The notes beneath the pieces are model-generated. The model worked only from the letters and a program-made list of their open reading frames with translations, searched no databases and was not told the origin of the DNA. Position numbers and translations under genes: made by a program. From assembly GCA_000934665.2 (NCBI GenBank), contig JYFJ02001015.1, forward strand, positions 62,001-96,125: a stretch of 34,125 nt of DNA, given 5' to 3'. Positions 1-12,900 of the stretch are shown piece after piece; position 1 is the stretch's first letter; the number at the start of each line of letters is the position of its first letter. Source of the DNA: Catajapyx aquilonaris (Eukaryota).

Positions 1-164
1 CAAGAAGGGGTGTTACTCGACATGTGCAACTTTACGAATGGTCGGTTGTTACCTCAGGATTTAATAATAGTGAGTTTGGCGTATGTTTGCTGCTTTAGTT
101 ATAATTTGTTGGCTAATGTTGGTCATTGTTATAATTATAGCTGAATGATGAATTTGATGTATAA
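1..164 (+). CDS. Probable last two exons (1..69, 141..164) of an unidentified upstream gene
   Basis: ATA|GTGAGT donor at 70 and ...ATTATAG acceptor at 140 give a 71-nt intron, typical for this locus. Frame 1 reads QEGVLLDMCNFTNGRLLPQDLII/LNDEFDV*; frame 3 is also open to a TGA at 146-148. AATAAA at 259-264. Product not recognised. Confidence 0.45.
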
Positions 165-756
165 GTACCCTGTCAGGGTATACTTGTACGTGCCGGTACT
201 ACTAATAATTTAATGAAAATGATTTTTCAATAAGCAAAACAACAAACCATTTAATTGCAATAAAACATTTACATATTTCAAACTGTCCAGTAACAAATGA
301 TTCCCAAAAGTATATGATAATGTTGTTGAGATGATTACATGCTTTATTGCAGTACAAATTATTATTACAGAAGCATGGATTGTGATGAGTAAAACTTTTT
401 TTGTTTATGCCTGTATAACACTGCTCATGAAAGGAAACCGTAATAATTTATGTGCACCAGTATTACTGGAGTACTGTGTGTATGTAATGACTAATAAATT
501 ATTATAACCATATATACACACAATGTAAGGATGTGGAAGAATTTTTCAGTTCCTTCCTTTCTCCATGTCATCAGCACATCTCCAGTTACAGCATGCCAAC
601 AGCTCCAACTTGTCTGTCAATAACAATCAAGCAAACAAACCCGAAACAAACAGACTCTCTTCTACAAATGCCTAGTTTGCCTACAACAATGAACAATCAA
701 CCTCCACTCAAATTGTGATACCACCGCAACCAGTTACTATCGACATCAATTTTCCT

Positions 757-840
757 CCCCACCCCCCCTCCAGCCAATCTTCCCGCTCCCCATTCTCCTC
801 CCCCGTCCGGTCCCTTGAATCCAAGATGGCGCCCACTTGA
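757..840 (+). promoter_or_regulatory. MED12 promoter / 5' leader with YY1(Pho)-like CAAGATGGCG motif
   Basis: C-rich, CpG-containing tract followed by CCAAGATGGCG at 821-831, about 170 nt upstream of the MED12 ATG. Confidence 0.6.
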
Positions 841-995
841 CTCGCCCTTTTTTTTAAACTATTTTATATTTATTCGGAGTGTTACGTGACTACGTACGTT
901 CTAGTGTTTAGATCGTATAGTTTTTAATGACGGAGGTGTGCGAGTTCGATGTTGGGGAAGAAGGCAGAACCCGGTGATCCCTGGTGCAGCTGACG

Positions 996-3900
996 ATGGT
1001 GGGCTTCACTCTGGAGAAGAGGCCTCTCAAGAGGCCCAGGCTGGGACCTCCAGACGTGTACCCACAGGACCCCAAGCAGAAGGAGGTACAGTGTAATAAA
1101 CTAATGAGTAGGAGAGGCAGAGGGAGGTTGGGGTCATAGTGGACTCAGCGGAATGTATACCTGCAAAAGTGGCACACTTGTATGTTGAGCAGCTGTGAAG
1201 AAAGGGCAACCGATCTGTACCATTAGTGTAAGAAAAAGGAGAGAAGATGCAAGAAAAATCCAGGTTACAATGAAAATAGCAAGAGAGAGAGCATTGACCT
1301 CTGACAATCCCATTAGGCAGGTTACATTGCCTGGAAATTTATAGATGGCCTTTAAAGGCCTGATAAAAAAAACTGTACTGCGGTATTTGGTGCCAGAAGG
1401 TCAAATGTCTGAAATTATTGATCATTTGTGCGTGTTTTTTTTGGTACAATCACTGGCATTTGGCCTAGAAGTTTGATTCATGATCAGGTTGTTTGGAAGT
1501 GATGTAATTTGTTAAAAATATATTCACGTGACATTTATTTTTTTGTGGGAAACTTGGGCCACATTTTCGTAGATTTAGCTCCACATGACTAGTAGGTTAG
1601 TTGAGAAGTTGTCTGACACTGTATCAGGACTGTGCGTTATTATTTTTACGTGCTATAATTTCAGATATTAGCATGTTTTATTTACGTGAAGTATGAGTGC
1701 TTGTTGTTCTTGAAAAACTGTCAAATGCTATTGTGCAATTAATTATAGGAATTCACCTAATATATCTTTGTCTAGTGTATTTTATCCCACACTGAGGTGT
1801 AATCAGCCTTTTGTTTCTTTTCCAGGATGAACTGACTGCTGTGAATGTTAAGCAAGGATTTAATCATACTCCACAATTGACTGACGAATTTGGCACTGCA
1901 AAGCTATGTAATTTGACTGCATCAAAGGTAATAAGATATATTCAGAATTCTTAAAGTGGTACTCATTTGCCTCAACAAATCTCAATTCTGAACACCAGGT
2001 TAGTGTATTTTTCAACAATGTCCTCGCCAAGAAGAGAGAGCTTAACACTCTACCAGACACAGGACGAAAAAGGCAACAGATTAATTCTAAAGATAATTTC
2101 TGGCCAGTTACGGGGCGATCTAAAAATGCAGTGGAAGCTTGGTTCAAGGACCTGGCTGGTAGTAAACCTCTCACCAGCCTGGCAAAGAAGGTATGCAATT
2201 AATGGGATTGGGCTTCTGACCAAGTGGGTGATCGAAAGAGTGTGGTAGGGTAGAGTAGCTGGATTATTTGTTTACCCCTGGTGATGTAAATAAAAAAGGC
2301 TGTGGCATGGAACAATGTTCAACAGGTCCCAAACCTTATGGCAAGTTGGGATTGTGGCTCACATACATACCAGGAGTGACTAATTCATCAAGTCTGTCCC
2401 ATCTCTTTGCATTACCAACGTGGGCAGATAAGCACTCTCTATATGAGGCAGGCAAGATATTAATGACAGTTATTCGCAGGTTCCAATATTTAACAAAAAA
2501 GAAGAAATATTTATGACCCTGTGTGACTACCAAGTTCCAATGCTACGAGCTGCTTGGTTTCTGAAAATGACTTCTGCTTATACAGTAGCAATTTCTGAAG
2601 CGAAGATCAAGAAACGCCAGCTTCCTGACCCTTCCCAAGGTTCGTGAGAAATTTATATCTGGGTATTTGAAAGCAAACTTATAGATTCCAGATGCCAGTA
2701 ATCCCTCTAATTTAGTGCTTGGCAACAAGAGCTCTCCACTCTTGCTACAAATGGGTAAATAATTAATTGAATTGTGTACCAGTGAATGACAATTTGGTGG
2801 AGTAGGAGTGTTACTGGCCATGGGATCTTATCAAATACCTACGGCATTTAGTGCATCAATAAGTTTTATACATTCCTACTCTGAGCATCATGTTGATTTC
2901 AAGGACTAAAGGTGTGTTTACATGTGAGCGATTTGATCGCGCAATGTCATCCCCGAGCGATGAATAAAATTGTTTGAGGTGAAAGTAACAATCGATTTTC
3001 GCCTCAAACAATACTGGTTACTTTGGTTACGCAGTGATGTTACCGGTGGCGATGACAGCACATGATCAAATTGCTCACATGTAAGCGCACCTTGATGCTT
3101 AACATAATACTGATTGTTGTGTAGCTTTGTAAAAGTGTCAGTGTTGTTACAATTTTGCACCAGATAGATTTATGCTTGTTTTTTCAGAGTGGACCCAGAC
3201 TATGATCAAGTTTCTCAAAGATCAACTTCAGAAACTTCATGAATATTATCACTCGCACCCTGGAAGCACTCCTGGATTTTCCAGTGGGTTTTCCAGTACA
3301 AGTGGGACATCTCCGTCTAGTCTCTTGAATAATGTTTGCTTAACAAGTGAGGAGCAAAAACTTGCCTTGAAGCAGTGGCAGTATTTTACACAGCTTGCCA
3401 AGCACCTCTACGAAGTTAGTAGAGTTGTTACAGTTGTTACAGCTGACAAATGTGTCTATATTTTTCATGGTGAATTATTTCTTCAGGAAGGGCTGCTGGA
3501 TCGTCAAGAGTTCTTGCAGTGGATTCTAGAGCTACTTGAAAAGAGCAAATCTCCAGATGATGGAATTCTGAGATTGTTACTTCCTCTAGTGGCACAGTAT
3601 ACAGATGAATGTGTCTTATCGGAATTGGTGTCCCGAAAGCTGGCTTACTGCAGTGCCAAAAAGCTTAGCCACTTGCTGGCTGACACTTCAAATGGCCAGA
3701 ATCAGAGCCCACTTGTGGGCAACAACTCCTCAGGGTAAATATCTACTGTTGACAAGCACAGAGCTGTGAATTAATTGCTATATTTTTTCAGAAATATGGC
3801 ACAGTCTAATAATCAGATGTCAGTTAATCCACTGGCAGCTACAATAGGAGAATATATGGGTTGTCCTCTGCATCGGAGCATTGTCTTGAGTTTTAGCTCA

Positions 3901-6900
3901 ATTTTGCAAGTGGTAACAATGGAATGTTCAACAGCTTTAGTGTGGAGTAATGTAGGTGAAGGAAAATCATTGAATGTGCTCAATGGATCTCCATTGGACC
4001 TTTTACCTTGTCCTCCATCAGCGCTTCCCATGCCAATTCGACCAAACAATTCACAAATAAGGTAGGACATTGGACAGTTAGGATTTTTTTTTTTTGCTAT
4101 GTTGCTTAACATGCTTCCTTTTTAGAGCTCAACTGAGAGTTGCAGAGGAACACATTCGGCAGAGAGGACGAGCTGCGGAAGCCCATTGGTCCTGTGACAA
4201 GTGGCAGCAATCCACTGCAGGTAACTTACAACTGAAGGTATTATAATGCCAGTGTTATGCAAGCAATCAATGTTTATTTTATTTAGGCACAACTATCTAC
4301 AAGGTTTTGAATGCACTGGATGCCTTGGATCGCCACTGCTTTGATCGGGTGGATTCAAACAACTCAATTGACACACTCTATGCAAAAGTTTTTCACACTC
4401 CTCCAAGCAAGGACAACAATGCTGATGTAAAGTATCATGTTGGAGATTTTAATTGTGGTTTTGTTTTACTAGTAACATCTGCATTATTAATGTTGAGGTT
4501 TACTTATGATATTCATGGCAACAACCTGTAGATGTGAATTATAACTAAAATAACTAAAATGTTTAAAGTTTTAAATAGGAAGTCACAAAGCTTGTTAACT
4601 TCGGATCTTGACTTAAGACTGTAATCCTGCAGTTTGTAAATTTCAATTCTTATTACTGTACAGGTAATCAGTCAAGATGAGCCTACTGTCCAGCTTCTGT
4701 GTGAATGGGCTGTGAGTACACAGCGGTCAGGTGAACACAGGGCAATGGCTGTTGCAAAGCTATTAGAGAAGAGGCAAGTCGATTTGACTGCTGGAGAGGC
4801 TGACATTGGAGATGAGAAGGATTCAGTGTCCTCTGCAGCAGTTGGTTCATCCGGCCTCCCAGTGTTTCAGTCCCTCCTTATGAAGTTCCTAGACACGGAT
4901 GCACCGGTGCTGGGTGAGTCCAGAGGTAGTTTTGAGTTTTATTTGTTTGTGTATTAGAGTGTAAGAAAAGTGTTACAGCTGCATGGAGATCCCTACAGGT
5001 TCCTTTATGTTGGTTTTTTTGTACCACTGTTTTATATCATGGATTGCACACTTCATTCACATTGCTCTCTAAGTCTGTTAAGTGCAAAAAGGAATCATGG
5101 TTCCACATTATGTGCACTGCTGCTTTATCATTGCAATCATTTCCATGAAAATGTACCTAAATTAAAAGCAAAATTATTATTATGAATTTAATTGGGGAAA
5201 ATAATAGTGAATTCATGGATCTCTGAATATTATATTTAAAAATTGCCCAGGAAGATCTGGAAAATGTGCAAAGAATTCAAAGAAGTTCAGAAAGTAATAA
5301 TTTTGCAAACATTGTCAGATGAGAAATAGGGATGAGTCTTCCACTAAGTCTGCATGATGGTCTTCTCTCTAATCAGAGAAAGCATTATTGCAGAGAAGGA
5401 ACTTGTAGGTAGATCCGTTTGCTTTTTAGGAACATTATACTGTCCACTTTAATTGAAAAGGGTGGCAGTGAGTGGTTTATGATATTTTTTCATAACAGTA
5501 AGGGTTAATTCTAAATGCCTGATTACTCATAGTAATTTTATACATAAAAGATAACAGGTGCAGATGACTAACTTATCTGTTGTAAAGTGAAAATGTGGAC
5601 ATCCTGCTTCGTTTATTTTTTTCTAAAGATAGAATGTAGGCCATGTACAGCATGCCACATTAGAGATTTGAATTTGCACTACTGCTTACCCGTTTAAGGC
5701 AAGAATGTGATGTTGTTGCAGTTCATGTTGATAACAGCAGAGTGTGAATGGCTATTAATATAATTCTGGGGTTAATTCCATATGTTGCCAATTTCAGAAG
5801 ACAATTCAAATCTTCAAAGTCGGACCACATTTACCAACCTTGTCCACCTGTTTGCTGAACTGGTGCAGCATGATGTTTTCTCACACGATGCCTACATGTG
5901 TACTCTTATATCACGAGGAGACCTTTTCTCAGGACCAGGACCAGCTCTGGTGAAGCCCTCAACTCCTGGGGTTTGCGACATGAGATCCGAAGTAGGACTG
6001 TGCATGATTTGACATTACTGATTTTGGAGTCCTTTTTTAAAGTCCTTTAGTTGGATTAAGGTACTTTTAGTGCATGGTCAATATGTTTTGTAACTCAGTG
6101 TCTTATTAGATTTTTACAGAGTGTATAATCATATTTAAAAAGTGAATGAAATTTAGGATATATGAAGTTGCTTATTTTAATTCAGGATCATGGAAGGAAT
6201 CAGGACTACGATGACAGCAAAATTGATGATGACTTAGATAAGTTGCTGCAGCATATAAAAGAGGAGCAACAGAACAACATGGATATTCCAGACTCACCTA
6301 AAGATGAACTAGCATCTTCTTTTCATGGAGTATCAGCCATCACAGCTGCCCTGGAGGAAAAGATGGACAGTAGAGAGATTAAGAGGCAATCAAGACATCT
6401 TCTGTTTACCACACACTTCCCCCTGCCACAGGTAAATTCCATTTTTGAAGTAATTTGTACTTGCTACAAGTAATTGTGATTTTAGGATGACAGTTGCACC
6501 CACGAGTCCAACCAACGCCATGTGTTATTGTATGGAGTAGGACGTCAGAGAGATGATGCCCGTCATATTGTTAAGAAGATTAGCAAGGAGATTTACAAGT
6601 TGTTCAGCAAGAAATTCAGCATAGATGTAGCAGAAGGTATCAGATTATTGGTGAATCCTCAGAGAATATGTAATATCTTTGGTTTGTTGCTTAGGGGGAA
6701 AGGTGAAGAAACACTCTAAAGGAGAATTTAATTTTGAAGCAACCATGCAAAAAATGCAGAGCTTGTCCTACTTTGACCAGCACGTAGTGACCATGCAATG
6801 TGCCAGTGCAGTTGTGGAAATGCTCAACTCCTTTGCTACAGGTATTTAACATGTGTTACGACTCATGACACTTTTACAATGGTTGAATGTTTCAGGTGGC

Positions 6901-9900
6901 TCCAATTATCTTCCAGTTCAGGAGCACATTTCCTTTCTGTTTGACCTTATGGAGTTGGCTCTCAACATACATGGGCTGATTGACACTTGCATTCAGGTAT
7001 TGTACAAAGCAATTTACATGAATTTAAAATGAAAGGGAGAAAACTATATGGATAAAAACTTAATTAATTTCTAATTAGATGCTGAAAGAACTTCCAGAAG
7101 TAGAAGGCCAACTGGTTTTGAAGGGCTCTGGTCTGGTCAGAACATACACAACATCAATCAGCTTGTTTGTGGTTGGTGTCCTGAGGCGTTACCATTGCTG
7201 TCTTTTATGTAAGTCATTTACTTCAATTTTTATGGTGTCAATAATTATTAAGCAACAGTGTCACATTCTTAACTTTCCAAAGTGAATGAATTTTGAATGT
7301 AGGTTGTATTCAAATATTCTTACTGTAAAGGTGCCAAAGAGGTACTTAATATCATATACGCCTGAAACACAGGCATTCCTGCCACACTGTGATCAATATA
7401 CATGGTGCATTTTTATCTGTTCCAGTGTCACAAGAGCAGACAGCATCTGTGTTTGAAGGCCTCTGCAAAGTGGTGAAGCATGTGTCCAATCCTTCAGACT
7501 GCACATCAGCTGAGCGTTGCATTCTAGCTCATCTTTATGACCTTTACACCTCATGTAGCTTTCTGAAGTCAAAGCACTATGAAGCCCGATGTGAACCATT
7601 TGCCAATGCTTATCCAAAAATTAAGCAGACTTTGTACTCTCTGGTACAGCCCAATTTGTCCAATCATGCTTGGAATGCTCAGTTTATGGCTGAATATATT
7701 GCCAATCCCCGAAAGAAGGTGGAACCTCAGGTTATCAAACAGCTTAATGAAAGTGCAAGCAACAGATACAGCCTAGTATGCAATGCTGTTGTCAGTATGT
7801 GCAACGAGACTGACAATGACAAGTTGAATGACCTGGCCATCCTCTGTGCAGAACTCACTGCCTGCTGTAATTCCTTAGCCTCAGAATGGCTAGGTGAGTC
7901 ACATATCTAAGTAAGAAATATAAAAGCTCAGTGAAACTGCTGATGTAAGCACAAGCTATGTGTAGTTACAATTTTGTTTTTGCCATTGCATGTGGCAAGT
8001 TCAAACATTTTAACTGATAATTTTGGGTATGGTATAGTAGTTGTAACATACACCATGTTGTATAAGTATTCAGGTCATATCAAGGAATGATGATTTTGAG
8101 AGCTGTAGGATATTTTTTTGCACTGTTTTGTTTCCCTTGGTTTTAAACATTTGCAAATTTCAGGCGTGTTGACTGTCCTGTCAACCAAACGAACTACCTA
8201 CTTCAATGATGTCCGCCAAGTTGACGTGGAGGATTTGTCCGTTCATAATTCCTTAGCTATCTTCACATCCATATTGATAGGTATTAGACAGATTTGATAG
8301 ATAGTATTGTGAGTGAAGGCACGATAACCAGCATGTCATATTTTACAGCTCGGCACTGCTTCTCATTGCAAGATTTTGTTGTTCATGTTGCACTGCCGTC
8401 CTTATTGAAGGCATGGAATGAAGGTAAACCGTAGCTTTTTCTTCAAAGGTCCAGGTCACATGCAAATTGTTTTACAGGTCATGGTGACTCAGAAGGTGAC
8501 GCAGAGGCAGGTGCCAGACTCACCTGCCACCTACTTTTGCGATTGTTTAAGACTGTGGAAGGCCCTCAACCATCTATGTACTCTATCAGCACCTCACCAC
8601 ACCCACTCACAAACAGTAGCCATCAGCACTTCATCAAGCTGAGCTGTGATCGTCATTTATTAGCAGCAGCTCACAATAATATAACTGTTGGTGCTGTTTT
8701 GGCAGTGCTGAAGGTACAGTGAGTTTCTTAAATACAATAAATAATATTTTAGTGACAATTTTAGATGCGTGCTTACGTCTTCTATTGAGAGTGAAACCTT
8801 AGTGGCACTTGGTTGGGGCAGCTTTCATTTACAAGGGGTTCAGGTTCTACGCAAAAGTATGAAAATCATGAAAGTAAAAGGTTGATCTCAGATGTGCACA
8901 CTATAATGAAGTTATGTGTATAACTGCAAAACAAAGAACTCCAGGAATGCAGATTGCAAACCTCTCTGCAGTATATCAGCTGAATGACTTCTTTTATTGA
9001 CAGGCAATCCTGGTCCTGAGAGATGTGTCTGTTGGTGATTCTAAAACCAAAAAGGATCATACTAAACCAGGGGGGGAACTGAGCATAAGTCACATTTTGG
9101 GGACCAGTGATATTTCAGGTGGAACTGATGAGCCACACTGTGACTTGGGAATGAGGTGAGATTAATTTCATTTTCTATGTGCAATTTGGTACAGTGAAGC
9201 CCAAAAAATAATTGATTGGAATGTGCTGTTTGATGTGCTTTTACCATTGCTATTTATCGGATGTCAACACTTTTGACATGCCGTTGACTGAAGTAGACAT
9301 TGAGAAATAATTGCATGGGTATTTTTCAGTCTCGGAAAATCAGGAAGTGCCGGTTTGGAGAGTGCAACATTGTCAAAATTTGCAAAACATGCCCTGCAGC
9401 AGGTCTGCAGTCAGGAATGGGTACATGAAAGATGCCTGCAGAATCCTGAAGAGCTCTGCAAGCAGGACATGCTTCTAGATAGCATGTTAACACCAAAGCA
9501 AGCACAGAGGCTCCTTCATATGATATGCTACCCTGAAAATGCAGCCACTCTGGATGAGACACTAGACCAGAAGCAATGGATTGCACGCATTTTGGAGGTG
9601 TGTTTGATACTTTAAATAATAATTGAACATTGGTCTTGACTTTGTCATTTTCACCTTTGGAAAGAATTTGGACCAATGGATGCTGCGAGTTTCATGGCTG
9701 GATCTTCAACTGATGTACAAGCAGTTCGTGCCTGCAACACTTGAACTCAACCAATGGCTAGATGTGGTAGCAAAGGCTACTCTAGATATGTTCCAGTTGA
9801 CCAATGAGGAACCAGACAATTCTGGAAGGAGGACCAGTGGAAAGGGGGAAGGGAAATCAGCAGCATCTCCTCCAAGACCAAAGTCTGTATATTACACTTT

Positions 9901-12900
9901 TTTTTTGTTTGTTCGTGTTAGGCAAATCTACTCAGCTTATCATTTTCCAGCAGGGCTGAGAAGGAGAAGTGTGGTTCCATTTGGCTGGTTGCCCCCCTGG
10001 TGTCCAAACTTCCTAGCTCTGTTCAAGGACGAGTGTTGAAAATGGCAGGCCAGGTCTTAGAGAGTGGAAACTGGTCTTCTTCCCGAGGTCGAGACAAGGA
10101 TAGAAGTGTGCAGAGAAGCTCATCACTCCTAAGCCATCAACCTTTCTTGTCCTTGGTCTTAACTTGCCTCAAGGGACAGGATGACCAAAGGGAGGGTCTC
10201 CTGACATCACTGCATTCCCAGCTATCCCAGTTCTTGTTCCTCTCCAAAGATGTAAGACTTTGAGTCCTTAAAATTATAAAGGATAGTGTTAATAGTCATG
10301 TGCTTCTTTTTCAGGAAAAGTTATACAATTACGATGACCTTAAGGCGAGACAGTTGATGCAAGATGCCTTGCAGCTGCGCTTCAGCTTAGTTGGAGGGAT
10401 GTTTGATACTATACAGCGCAATACTGCCACTACCACTGACTGGGCCATTCTCTTGGTACAGCTTGTGATTCATGGAGTGATTGATTTAAACAATAACAGG
10501 TGTGTGGAAGAACGAGGATTATTATTTTAAGATTAAGCTGCAGTGAAACCTAATGTGTGTTTTTGTTTCACAGTGAGCTGTTCACAACTGTTCTAGACAT
10601 GCTAGCCACCTTGATCCATTCCACCCTGGCATGTGATGTGCAGTCTGAAAAGGGAGAGGAGAACAAGAAGTACTACCAGAATCTCATGAAAAAGTTGAAG
10701 AAGGTATGTTCTATTTATTTTTGTGTGTATACTTTATTAATATTGACATTCCTGGAATATTTAACAGGAACTTGCTGACAAGAATTCAGCATCAATAAAG
10801 TACATTCGACAGTTGTTACCTTTACCAAAGCAGCAGGCGGAGGTGATTGCATGTGAACCAGTGGGATGCCTCACTGATACCAAAGGAAATAAGATTGCTG
10901 GGTTTGATTCAATCGACAAGAAGCAGGTTTGTTCTCTGTTGTTGATCATTTCTCTGGGGGATTTGGAGGAGTACATTATTTTCCTGCTTCAGTGAAATAT
11001 TATGTAAAACTTGACAATGAGAACTAATGTAGCTTGAGAATTATATTGGTATGAGGAGTAACGTTGCGCATCAGGGTCTGGATTTACAATTAGGGGAAAA
11101 ATAAGGTGTAACACAAGTTAGCAACAAGTAGTTGTCTTTGAATTTCAACATTTCTCTGGTTTTATTATTGTAGAGCATGGCAAAGGCTTTATGCGTGGTA
11201 ATTCAACCATGCTTTATTTTCTCACTATTCGTTCACCTGAGTCTGATTAGAAAGCTTAGCCTTATTATTGCACGCTAAGGTCTGATTTTCTCAGGTTTGG
11301 TGGTACAAATCTCTGCCTGTAATGAATTTCCATTACCTTCACAAAGATCTAGGATGATCTGTTGTCAACAGAGAGATTGCATTTTTCTTGAAACAGGGTT
11401 TGCAAGTGGCTGAGAAGCAACGTGTGGCTCCATGGGACCTCCTAGAAGGGCATAAAAACCCAGCCCCGTTGTCATGGTCTTGGTTTGGAGCAGTTCGCAT
11501 GGAACGAAAACCTTTAAAATATGAAGAGTCCCACAAGCTGCAGAAATACCACACTCACTGCATGATGAAACCTATTAGTCACTATTTGGAACCACCACCT
11601 TTGCCTCCTGAGGACCTGGAACCTCCACCAGAGAAGCAGGTAGGTAGCATGTTATGTGTTAACTAAGGAGTGCTATTAACATTTTTGTAGGAATGTTGAT
11701 GTGCTCTTTCTGTTATTGTGGATGGTTTGGACATGTGAAAATTGACATGCTGGGGCGACTTGTGTGACCGATTTGTTTGAGAGTTGGGTTGTTCCAGACC
11801 ATGCCTTGTTCTGTCCTTATAGCCTAAAGAAGAAGTGAAGGCAGACACTCCTAACTCGGATCAGTCTCCCCGTGGTGCCGGCAAACGCCAGAAAGCACAG
11901 CGCAAGCGGCGCCAGAAAGCAGGGGTCATAAATAACCAAAACATGCTGAACAATATGACTGCTGTGAGTACCTTTCCCCAACTAATACTTGACTATGCAC
12001 ATCCTACTTAAAAGGAGAATTTGCCAATGTTGAGAATGATGTCATCGTTGCAACTTTGTCCTTGTGGTATGATGATGACAAATTTGTTACTGTTTCCTAA
12101 GATATGTCAAGTGCATGTGACATGCAGTGTTAGTGAAACCTTTTTTTGTGCATTTGTACAGCCACCAGTGCAGCATATTGGCTATCAGAACCAGGGCATG
12201 TATCCATCCCAGCCCCAATGGGGATATGGGCAGCAGCAACCACCATATTATTCCCAGCAGATACCTCCAGGTAAACAAGCTTGTGAGTCTATTTTCAGGT
12301 TTAACAGTTCTAATTTGGTATTGCCTTCTCTAGTAGGTGGTCCCAGGTTGAATAATTCCAAACAAGCACTATCCAACCTGCTGAGGTCCAGAAATCCTCC
12401 TCCTCAGTTCCTAGGGCCACAGCAGCCTCCATTTCAGAATGTACCCCGGCAACCATATATTCGGTGAGGCCAATTATTTACAGGCATTTATTAGAGTTAA
12501 GTGTAAACTCTCTTCTCTCTTAGGAGTAGCAAGGTGAAAAAGATTTACTTTGGTAATATAAAGTGATTTTGCGGTTTTGTTTTCCAACTACAGGTCCATT
12601 CACACAGGCCGTCGACGGTTTTGGTCTTTGGTTGAGTTGATATCGCGGACCAATCATGACTCATGTAAACAAGCGCAACACAAACCATTGACGGCCTGTG
12701 TGAATGGACCTTACAACTACAAAGGTTTCTTTGCATTTGTGGTAATGCGCTCATTTTGTAGCCAGCAGATGCGAGTACAGCCCAACCCGGGCATGCAGCC
12801 AGGTCAGCAGGGCATGTTTCCACAGCAGATGCAACAGCAGCAAGTGAGTCAGGGTGTGAACCAAGGTGGGATGTATCCAGGGATGCAGCAGGGTATGAAC

